A DNA stretch of 64,000 nt, taken from positions 6,820,001-6,884,000 of the forward strand of contig CM120643.1 in the NCBI GenBank assembly GCA_051362555.1, written 5' to 3'. The notes beneath the pieces are model-generated. The model worked only from the letters and a program-made list of their open reading frames with translations, made no database searches and was not told the origin of the DNA. The DNA is from Lingula anatina. Taxonomy: Eukaryota; Animalia; Brachiopoda. The position numbers were made by a program, and so were the translations under genes. Shown here piece after piece: positions 24,222 to 35,020 of the stretch. Position 1 is the stretch's first letter. Every line of letters begins with the position of its first letter.

Positions 24222-25629
24222 GTATGTATTTCTGCCAGAACTTTTCTTTTAATGAGTTACTTGCTGCTCTTGATACTGTACACGTGATTTGTGATTTCTA
24301 ATACTTCCACCATAATACATGTACATCTTAACACAACAAAACAATAATTCAATATCTCAGAAGTAGAGGGGAAGATGTCTCTTGTCCAGAGCACAGTGGA
24401 GTCTGCACAGCCAATCTACGAGAAGACGACACCATTGGGGACAAGCTTAACCACTGATGGGGATCGACAGCCGAGCCCAGCTGCATGTGACAATGTTGAA
24501 ATTTTTTGGGACACATGACACTTTACCAAAGCTCTGAAAAAACAAATAGAAAAAGCACCATTTTCTGGTCAAGTGTTTCCAGGAAAAACAAAATACACTA
24601 GAGACAAAATGCAAAAACGTTTTGCTCAGTGCATAGCAATATGTGCTGCTATTCTGAATTTGATGCTTGCTTTAGAGCAAATCAAGGGAACATAGAGTTG
24701 ACTAAAAGAGCACTGAGTTATGTCATTTACTATATATAATTAGTTGTTACAGTGTTGATTGTCAAAATTGTTTAAAGTACTCAAAAAAATGTAAAACCTT
24801 AAGGTGGCTCAGAAACTATTTTCCCTGTTTTTCCATCTTTCTCCAGGAGGCTCTGGCCTGGGAAGCAAAGCAGAAGATTTTTTCAAGGCACATGGAACTT
24901 ACAATATTCGCTCTGGCACCCAACCAACACTTAGTGCCAATCCTGATATCCTAGAACAAGTCTGGGCTCTGCTCCTTTCTATGAAAGCAAAGACGAAGAT
25001 AGTCACCTCAATCAAGGTGAAATGCCCAACAGTAGCTATCCTAAAACGCCTTTAGTAAACCTGGACACTGTTCACAATGATGAAAGAAGAAAAAGCCTAA
25101 GTCCTTTGGTACCAGTGGGCATTACCTCCACATTGAAACAGGCAGATACACTAACACTCCTCAGCCCTACAGAATATCTTCTAAAGACAAAATTGAAGAT
25201 GAAAAACTTTCTCCCAACATGCCCTCTATACAACAAACCTGTAACCATATATTGTACCAGGTATTTACAGAACACTATACACACTTTGGCCTCAGAACAA
25301 TTGATGAAAAATTTATTATCATTATTGTAACATGTATATATATGAGGTTGCGTATGTATGATTGTGGTTGTGTTAGTGTAGAGTAGTGTGTTTGTGCCTT
25401 TTCGTTTGTGTTCGTGCGTCTCTGTTTCTTTATATAACATGCCCCTATTTCTTACATGGCACGTTCGTTTCTGGTTTCTGCCACGTCAACTTACAGGTGA
25501 GATAGACTTGATTGGTTTGCTTTTAATTTTCTTTGTGTTAAAATTTTATAATTCTTTAAGATATTTTGTTTGATATTTTCAGTGCTTGTAATTTCTTTTC
25601 ATCCTTATTTTGTTTAGAAGTTTAGTTTA

Positions 25630-25840
25630 ATCAACCTTCTGACTAGCAAACCTTTGGAACAGCTGGGACATCATCAAACTATCAGACCAATGAACCTTCT
25701 GACTATTGAACCTTTTGAACCATTGGATCTTGGCAACATCAAACTATCAGACCAATGAACCTTCTGACTATTGAACCTTTTGAATCATTGGATCTGGGTA
25801 TCATCAAACTATCAGACCAATGAACCTTCTGACTACTGTC
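25630..25840 (+). repeat. Tandem repeat with 65-bp period (about 3 copies, ~16-bp subunits)
   Basis: CATCAAACTATCAGACC at 25672, 25737 and 25802. Confidence 0.88.
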
Positions 25841-26649
25841 ATGCAATTGACAAATAATTTAACAATGAACTAATAATAATTTCATAAATTCACAAGATGA
25901 CAATATTTAGTAATTAAAATAAATATCAGAATCAGAAATTACTTGAATTTGATATACTCAGGAAATACTGCAGCATCATATCCAAACTGCTAACGATAAC
26001 AAAACAATATCATAAAATAATCAAATCATACAGAGTTTCTAGAGGAATTCAAAACAAAAATACAGTTTACCAGTTTTAGGGTAAACAACAGATGTGTCAC
26101 AAAGTGCTGACTATGGCAATGACACTGGGCAGACACAGTGATCAGAATATAGACAGACTGAATGTGTCTGTATATAATAAATATGTGATAAAATTTGCAA
26201 TTGCACCTTAATGACCTCACAATAACAGAGATCATCTATAACACATGATATCTGCATTGAAATATATATTCACTTTTAAACATTTTCACTGGTGCCCTTT
26301 TCTCTTCAGTGACAGCTTATTGTCTACCAAAATCTCACTGTATATGCTACCTCTACTAGTACTGTAACAGTTTCCATGCATATGGGGAAAATTAATATAA
26401 CACATCACAACTGAGCTGAAATATATCAATTTTAAACATTTCCAATGTGTCTATTCGTCTTCAGTGATAGAGTATTGTCCAAAACAATCTCCTTGCTTTA
26501 TATACCCTGCCTCTATAGTTTTCATGCATATGGGGGAAAATTGATTCTTTGTGTTACCTGGAACGCACAGTTGTTGTGTAATTGTACTGTTCCATATAAC
26601 TGGCTCCACAGGATCTGCCATGTTTGGAAGTCTTGTTCTGGGTGGTTCT

Positions 26650-26735
26650 GGCAGCACTCTCTCTCACTCAGTATAAAATTGACCTCTTGGTCTGCCAGCA
26701 GCTCTTTACACAATTCCAGAAGTGTATTTGCTAAA
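26650..26735 (-). pseudogene. P-element/THAP9-like transposase C-terminal sliver
   Basis: NTLLELCKELLADQEVNFILSER resembles the segment preceding the xQDxLExxF motif; an acceptor lies upstream. Confidence 0.45.
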
Positions 26736-27280
26736 AACATAAATAAAATGAGTGTAACTGTTTGCAATGCAATTGAATCATCTCTGTAATATAGTGCAAA
26801 CTATTATTAGGAACCATCTAATGATACATTATTCATATGTAGGATGCTTTTGTAGGATGCACAAGATCATTTTTGCATCACCATACTTAATATTTATATC
26901 TTGATAATGCTCACATGTAATGATGATCAAATTAAAATATAGGGATTCATTTATGTGTTTTGTGTGTACAAGATGAATTGGTTCAAATTCTTAACAAATG
27001 ACAAGAAATATTCATTTATATGTTTTGTGCATATAAGATTAATGGTTTAAACTAAACAAATGCATTAGTAACAAATGAGAGATGTGGGTTGAAAATGGCA
27101 TCAGTGACTATAAAGCTGGGGTGCACATTACAATTAAAAGTTTGTTTTAAATAAACATGTGTGGACGATTATAATAAATCATATTTTTCAAGTCATGTTG
27201 GTCACGAAATCCAAAAAATAAAAAACTGTGATAATTGGTGTTTGGATCTCTACAAAGATAAGAAAGAGGACCAATTATAC

Positions 27281-28221
27281 CAGGCCTTCCCAACTACCAG
27301 ACTCGGCACCTACGGGTCCAGAATAAACCGGTATATCTGACCACACTACCCGTTTTCAAGGTGTGTGTCAGATCGCATAAAAGAGTATCATACCCTTTCA
27401 CAAATTCTGTAAGCCTACCTGTCATCCGGGTATCGCGCCTCGTTTTCGTCAGGTAGGAGTCGTATGAATACAACAGACGACTCCCTCAATCAGGGGGTGG
27501 AAACGCGCTACTTATATGATTAAGACGAGCCTAGCCGTCAGTACCGGTTATTGTTTTGTGACCTTGAGGAGCAATTAGGTTTGGTCGTTGCGGCACGCAT
27601 GAACAGTTGTTGAACTACCACACCTGGGTCTTTTGTTTTTGACGACTGTTCACGACTACAGGCTGATATCTACTAGTACTACCAGTGGCTTCATTAGTAA
27701 CGTTCCCACGTCCAATACTTAAGTTTTCTGTCCGTGCATACAAACCCTGAAAAAGGACAGCCTCGCTGACGAGAACAATAGACGTTTCTCACCCCTCTCT
27801 AGGATTACCCCTGCCCTCAATCTCGTCCATCCCGGTAGTCATGAAAATAATTTAACACAGAATATGCTTCTGCTATCAAAATTAAGTCTACTTTTCTAAA
27901 TTAATATATAAGTTTGCAAGTTCTTATTTACAAAACATCATTGGCTATGTCCGAACCTAAATTTTATGTTAAAAATTGCGGTACTGTCAGATTTTAGTAT
28001 AAACAGAGAAAATTGCAGCAGCGCATGAATCTAGATGAGATGCACTACTTTCCAACCCCGCTTAGGATCATTGCTATCACATCGCGCACCAGGCAAAATC
28101 GGTGTGGTGGCTGATACCCTGTAATGCGATCTGACACACACCTTGAAAACGGGTAGTGTGGTCTGATAAACCGGTTTATACTGGACCCGTAGGTGCCGAG
28201 TCTGGTAGTTGGGAAGGCCTG
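27281..28221. mobile_element. Non-autonomous DNA transposon with ~110-bp TIRs, CAGG termini and an apparent 5-bp TSD (TATAC)
   Basis: CAGGCCTTCCCAACTACCAGACTCGGCACCTACGGGTCCAG... is the reverse complement of ...CTGGACCCGTAGGTGCCGAGTCTGGTAGTTGGGAAGGCCTG. TATAC lies at 27276-27280 and 28222-28226. Confidence 0.9.
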
Positions 28222-29324
28222 TATACCCACTGTTACTTGAAAAAGAAAAACCAACTGTTCATTTTGTGTACTACCTGCAAGAAGTCCAGTTACCCGTTTA
28301 CCATGGCTGTCCTGTCTCTGGCTCTTCACAACTCATTCATCCTTAAACTTTCTGTGTCTTCCACAACTGTGTGAGATGAAGGGATATTCCTGCAGCTGTT
28401 ATTTCCTGTCTATTTTCATATTAAAAATGCATGTCTCTCATGTCCAGCCAGGTAAAGTCTGTTCATCTAGAAGACACCATGCTGTATGGAGACTGGAGCT
28501 GGAAAAAGAGACAAAAGATTATATGAATGAAGTGACATAAATTATCTTAATAAAAAGACAAAACCCTGACAGTGCACAAGAAACAGCAGAATATTAAACC
28601 TACAATATACTGCCCAATGTCTACTAAATATGGCAGACATCACAGTTGTAGTGACTGAACAGAGAAAAGTTTAAATGTCTTTTGGAGGCTGCTGGGCGCA
28701 ATTGTGACTGGTGCAACTGTCACAATCGCAGATTGAACACAGTTAAATAAACAGAACTGCCAAATCTGTGGGAATTATTGTGATATCTGCACACAAATTG
28801 CCTATAAACAATGGCTGTAATAATCTGGGATAAGTATATCAGTTGACTGTGCCTTGTTAAAGTACATTTTGTAAAGAGTAACATAAGAAAAGTGAAAAAA
28901 ACTATTTAAATTTAAAGGAAACACAAAATATGATGACTGGTTTGTTGATCTACAATGGAAGGATAGAAGACCAATTATCTATTGTAACACAACTAGTAAA
29001 ACAAAACCAAGCAATAATGTGTTCTACAAGGAGGTGTTTTTGGCATGGTGATGGGTGACGGTGGGTAATGACCACTGCTCCGCCTTGGGTCCAATACATA
29101 TCATCCCAAACTGACCACATCAAGCAGGCCACTACAGAGAAACATGACCCTGTACAACAGCTGTCAAACTGTGTGTGAACTAGAAAAAAAGAAAAGCATT
29201 CATTATAAACATTCAACCACTAATGATCAGAAGCTAAAAAATATCAGAATACACAGATGGGGAAAGGTAGCAGACTTTCACTTTACTGTATCCGCCAGAA
29301 GATACTCTGTTATCAGACAAGGCC

Positions 29325-30481
29325 TTCCCAGGCCACGACCTAATCACCCAGTTTAATGCGAGCGTGCATTGCAATTTGGGTTATATTCAAATAGAAGGGC
29401 GCAACATACCAATGCAACAAATCGAGTTGCGTGCACAAGACATAAAGATAGCCCAGGTTAGCGTGTCAAGAAATGTGGTAGTACCCCTAAATTCAGCACT
29501 TAGGATAACGAGCGAGATCGACGAAAAGTTGGAAAAATACGTCGTTGAAGGTAAAGAAGAAGAGGGACTACTAATACCGAGAACTGTCTTGTCTGAAAAT
29601 TCAAAACCAGTCGTGTGCCTCGTAAACCCATCTGATCAATACAAAAAATTAAAAAATTTAAGAAGAGGGACTACTAATACCGAGAACTGTCTTGTCTGAA
29701 AATTCAAAACCAGTCGTGTGTCTCGTAAACCCATCTGATCAATACAAAAAATTAAAAAGGGGTCATGTAGTCGCTATGGCTTGCGAAGTTTTGGAAATTT
29801 GAGAAAACCCTGTTTTGCACTTTGGTTTACAACGAGTGGGAGGGGGGTCTACTATAATTGATCAATCCAGCGCTCGTGTTGTCAGTACTATTGATGAGAC
29901 AATGACTACCGATCTACTGGTGGGATTACCTGAAATTACGCATGTAAAATCAGCCGTCCCTAAAACCGGAAGGGATTCTACAACACACTTGTGGGATTCA
30001 ATTTACCAGTGGAGGATTCAATTTACCCTCCTATAACTGGTAAAATCCCTAGAACAAGTGTGCACCCAAACAGGACAAAACTTGTGGTATTAAATTCTAC
30101 AAGGGTTTGTGGTGTTAATTCCCCTAATTCGTAGAATATCCCTAAAACAAGTACCCGATTTAAAAATGACACAAAAAGTAAACAACCTCTGAAGGTGGGT
30201 GGAAGTACTCAGGGCCCTTTAAGTGCCCCATCTGCCGGAAAGGGGTTAGTTGAAGAAAAATTTAACACCGAAATTTTCAAGTCACTTGTAAAGGGGTCAC
30301 CTCAGGCGCGGAATTTTCAACAAATCGCTGGTGAAGTTCACGCCGGACTAGATTCTTCTGGATGCGTCGCTAGCAAAACATCAGAAATTCCTGATCATGT
30401 AAAAGTGGTTTGTGAAACATCTAAGGGGAATTTAAACAAAATTCAGAGGGAAAAATTAAAGAATATTCTATCTGAATTTCA
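29325..30481 (+). pseudogene. Gypsy pol fragment: end of protease and protease-RT spacer
   Basis: GHDLITQFNASVHCNLGYIQIEG...VSVSRNVVVPLNS...GLLIPRTV...VCLVNPSD...LKRGHVVA; EIPDHVKVVCETSKGNLNKIQREKLKNILSEF just before RT. Contains a 103-bp tandem duplication at ~29557-29758. Confidence 0.75.
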
Positions 30482-31262
30482 GATAGAACCCTGGCTGCCT
30501 TTGGTCTTCCATACTCTGGCAAGTTAGAGGGTCTTAAGGGTTTGCTTCCTGTTTGCTCTGTGAAAGAGGTAGAGTTGGTGGGGATTGTAGCTATTTACTG
30601 CGATCCCAAGACATATTCCACTAAGGGGTATCTTTCCACTTTGTCTGGGGACGAGTATGTAGCTATTGGTTTTCACCCTAGGCTGGCCAGCAAGCTTTCT
30701 CAGGGCAATCTGGACTTTCGCAGAGTTGGTTAAGATGCTGCTAGTAAAAGCTTTTGGTGAGGTAGGTTTCGACCACACTGAAGCCATGTCTAAATGGCAG
30801 GATCAGGTTGAGTTGCTTCACAGACTGCTGCCTTTTCTAGAGGCCAGGCATGTCCTGGTTGTGCACTGTAGGGGAGTGAGGGGAGATTCTGGAGTTCTCC
30901 ATAAGGTCACTTTTGTTTCACCTGAAACTGTGTGGCGTTCTGCAGTCCCAGAGGATTCATTTTCACTCCTTTACAGGCACATAGTAGCTTAATGAAATTT
31001 GGGGAAAGCAGCAACCAAACACCCTTTTTGGTTTTACTCGTGTTGCTGCCACCTTTAATAAAAACCAACTAGCAGCACTTAGGGCAGTACCTGACTCTAA
31101 ACATTTTTTGGAATCTGATGCTTCCTATTTTGCTTGAAAAAAAGGAACCCTTTCTACACCCTTTACAATCTATGAAACTGCAGAGGTTCTGGAGGGGCAC
31201 AGAGGGGTGGAAGCAGCTCACATTTTAAAAATCACAACTAAAAATGGTACTTCCTTATATAA
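30482..31262 (+). pseudogene. TatD-family DNase pseudogene fused to the Gypsy fragment
   Basis: VAIYCDP...VAIGFHP; AFGEVGFDHT; HVLVVHCRG; PNTLFGFT; FLESDASYF; GTSLY. The TatD motifs are in order, frameshifted and intronless. Confidence 0.85.
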
Positions 31263-31539
31263 AAGGGAGTAACCAGGGATCTGGAAATATATATATATAC
31301 ATGATGAAACTTCTTTAACTTTGGGCAATTCTAAAAAACTATGAAAACTTCTTGGCACTGAATTTAAAAAGAAAAATTCATATTTCCCTGAAGCCCCTCT
31401 CCTCCTCCTGATCTGGGAGTTCATCGGAAATATGAAAGTTACCATCAATATTTACAATATTCATTTATTTATTTGATTATCATTCATTATTTATTTGTAT
31501 ATATTATTTTATAGATACACTGATGCACCTGCAGCAGCA

Positions 31540-31665
31540 CGTATATGTATCACTTGTCATGCATTATACACATGTATATATATGTGTATATATATACATA
31601 TATATATATACACATATATATATACATGTGTATATGTATATGTATATATACATGTATATGTGTAT
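31540..31665. repeat. Degenerate (TA/CA/TG)n microsatellite
   Basis: Alternating purine-pyrimidine tract. Confidence 0.9.
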
Positions 31666-32650
31666 TTCAATATCAGTAGCACTTATTGCATCATTGTGCA
31701 TTCTATTGCAGGAAGCAATACAGCACCTTAGCACCAGTTTGTTACTAGGTACAGTGTACCAGCACAAGTATTTATTTCTATTTTAAATATTATTTATTTA
31801 GAATTTTGGTCTATCACCAAATCCTACATGAAGAAATGTCCCAAACTTTTAAAATTTCTTTTTTTTTTTTTTTTGGCTTTCCAGTATTTATATTTGTGGA
31901 TAGACTATCACTGTATCACTGTCAGTGATATGACTAACTGCTAAATCAACAGTTGTCAAAGTTAATCCTATATTTTTTTTCTCGACAGACTATCACATAT
32001 GTTAGAAATAAGGAACATTTTATTAAAGCTGCAATAAGCTCGTATCTGTTGTTTGATATTAAATATATTGTACACATTTCATGCAGTAAAGTTTGCATAT
32101 GGTCTTCTTATGCAGCTTGAAGAGGGTATTTTGTACTATCAAAGAGAAAGAACACCAACTAATGTAGAAGTTGGTAAAAAAAAAAAAAAACGGTGTGGGG
32201 AGAGTGGAGAAAGGTAGTAGAAGATGAGGAGGAAATGACCACCATACAGCAGCTGCACAATTGAAACTGTTAAAAATCGACTTACAATAAATAAATGTTA
32301 GTTTTTTACTTATGTCTGACAGAAGATCGTGTCAAACCCTAAAATGCCCCAACTTCAAAATGCAAATTTCTTAAAATAACATAAGCGCATATATAACAGT
32401 CTTTAACTCTTACTCCATTATGGTTTACACTTGTTGATAAATAGTGTTATAATATTGTATTATAATATGATCATTTTTCTATTAAACATATGCTTTAATA
32501 CAAAATTTCTATTTTACAGAACACTGCCAGAAGAGACGAAGATGAACCACAGCCATTTACTAGTGGAATAAATGAAAATTAACCCATTAAGTCAGATTGA
32601 ATAAAATTGATTGTCATACCGGTACCAGATCGCTACAAAAAAGTACTCAC

Positions 32651-32920
32651 CCTTCTGTCATCAAGAATGTCTTTGCATGCATTTAAAAGGATGCCAAAAC
32701 CGTGGAATGTCTTACTGCTTCAGATGAAACTTGAATGGTAGCTCATAAATATGTCTTGTCCTTGGTATAAAGCTATTTCATACAAACGTGTAAAAATGTT
32801 CCCGCTGCGCAGAACTAAGCCCGACTAAGTAGGTCAACGAAAACCCGCAGTGAATACTGGGTCACATCTCGGCACATCCGGTCACACGAAGCGCGCCGCA
32901 GTTTTACTCTGCGTCCAAGT
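32651..32920 (-). promoter_or_regulatory. Candidate CpG-rich promoter and non-coding first exon, oriented leftwards
   Basis: Abrupt CpG-rich patch at 32800-32915; ETS-like CCGGATGT on the minus strand; strong donor AGG|GTGAGTA at 32651/32650; no ORF. Confidence 0.4.
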
Positions 32921-33462
32921 TATTATATCTTTTGATTTTTTGTTTAGATATGATATTATTGATTATTGATTGAGAATAAATTATTACAAAAAGGTAATTA
33001 TAAATTCTTTTTTTATTTTTATTTTATATGTTTTCTTTTTGCTTCAACCTTTGCTGGTTCTCAGCACTGCTACATGTAACACAACGTTCAATTTGAGCAA
33101 ATGGAGCATTTAATATCACCTTATATAAAACCTTCGCATTTAGAGTAATTACCATTAAAAGTATAATAAACGTACTTGAAAGTATTCTAAAGTCAATTTT
33201 TGCCTGCACAGCAACTAGTAGGGCTACCTGTATTTTACTTTTATAGACTGCGCTAGAGACTAGTAAGCTCATAGGCCTATTAGATGCGAGTTAATTTATT
33301 TTTCAAAACGTCTAAATTTTTCACTCAGTTCCAAGAAGGCCTATATTTTCTCAATTCCTGGTAACGAAGCTTTTGCAAATGGTTTTTTAAGAGAATGCAA
33401 CTTTGTCGTGTTTCGTGTAAAACATATGACTGTGCCCTATTAACATATCGTCCAGCTAATCA

Positions 33463-33742
33463 TGAGGGCCCGCTGGAAGGGGGAGGGGGGGAGTGATTAC
33501 AGTTCACGGCCACAGGAAATAAAATCATCAAATCACATAAATTAATAAAAACTTTATTCGTATCTCGTTGAAAATGCTAGTCTGGCGAGCTGAAAATAAC
33601 TATCATCGAGTATAATGACTTCGTTCCACTAAGGACGAAGGATAGAAACCCGCAATTCACGATTCACAGGAATGGGGTGCTTCACATCTCGGGGAATGAT
33701 AAGTGGGTGTTACGGGTAAGGAAAATACCCAACGGGGCTTTC
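33463..33742. mobile_element. MITE-like element (GAG terminus, Sola-like, tentative)
   Basis: GAGGGCCCGCTGG ... CCAACGGGGCTTTC imperfect inverted ends; internal TTCACG repeats. Confidence 0.35.
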
Positions 33743-34445
33743 AGTCATTGTCTCAACTAAAATGAAAATTTAATTGATGTCTAAAATATTTCAAAACATT
33801 AAAGCAACTAAAATTAATGATCTGGAACAAAAATACGCCATCTTTTAAAAGTAGCTGCAGGCTATTTATTGCGTTATTAAAGATAAAATTTCTAAACATT
33901 TTCTGAGACTTTAGACATTATACTTGCTTCCAAACAAGTACCTTATTTTTCTACTTCATTGAAAATAAACTTAAAGGCAAATGTGAGATGGTGTTGCGAG
34001 CGTCAGTAACGAAGGTCTAAAAATGAGTCTGAATTTCGTGTTTGTTAAAAATATGATTAGCACAGGTGCTAAGCTAACTTATGCAGTGATTTTCGTGTGC
34101 ATCGAAAGACTCACCAAAGGAAGAGCGAGAGAGACAAAATGTTATTATTATTATTAATCTACACAACGTACCTCCGACGAACCAACTCCGACCGTGTTGG
34201 GAGTTCGACCCCTTTGAGGACTCAGATGGTAGCTGTCGTCAATAAGTTGCTTTTACATAACGTAATAAACGCGATCGTCCTTTACGCTCAAATCATAAAC
34301 AGGAATATTTCTTTAAAAATTATTAAAGACATCCTAACATTTTATACATATCTGTGAATATCTAGTGAAAACTGCATCTGTGACTCTGGCTCTCTCTCTC
34401 ACTCTCCGGCCATTCCTCTCTCTCTCTTCGGCTACCCCCCCCCCC

Positions 34446-34487
<42 letters not shown>

Positions 34488-34724
34488 GTTGTCTCTGGCC
34501 GAATTCGCAATCAATTTATCCTCGGACCAGAATCAGATTACAAACCTCTTTTATGTTAATTAATTGTTATGACTGATAAATAAAACTGCATATTTTCATT
34601 CGACCGCATTTTCCGTATCTTTACGGAAAAAGATATATAGGCCCTATATTGATAACGCATCCATAAAGGTTAACTCTGAACTAAGATCTAATAAAGTATA
34701 TTAGATCTTAGCTCTGAAAGATAA

Positions 34725-35020
34725 AAAAATGCCCGAGCTTTTGCTTGTGAACCTTCTTCAGGCACCAAAACAAGAATAAACAAGCAAACTACAGGGATGC
34801 GTGACGTATGATGCATGTAAAAGGGACATGAAGTGCGTGACAAAGGTTAACGTCTTGAAGATTACGTAATAATAAAACAAGAATAATATTCGTTGTGATA
34901 TTCATTGTCTCTATAAAGTCCCTTTTGAAGTGTCTAATATTTTTATAACTTCTTCTCGACAATCCGTCTTTGTCTTGTGTAGCGTATATGTCCTTTTAAA
35001 ATGGTGACTATTTGTACTGT
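34725..35020 (-). mobile_element. Penelope-like element 3' fragment (GIY-YIG end and degenerate hammerhead)
   Basis: Minus strand encodes TILKGHIRYTRQRRIVEKKL...; downstream CCTGAAGAAGGTTCACAAGCAAAAGCTCGGG is a hammerhead-like core with a mutated GAAA. Confidence 0.55.

Noticed and set aside
30482-31262. TatD as a bacterial contaminant or host TATDN gene
   Set aside because: Frameshifted, fused to Gypsy pol sequence and embedded in intron-bearing animal TE fragments.
31495-31786. YI/HI-rich ORFs (also 9793-10023 and 59581-59850)
   Set aside because: Translations of TA microsatellites.
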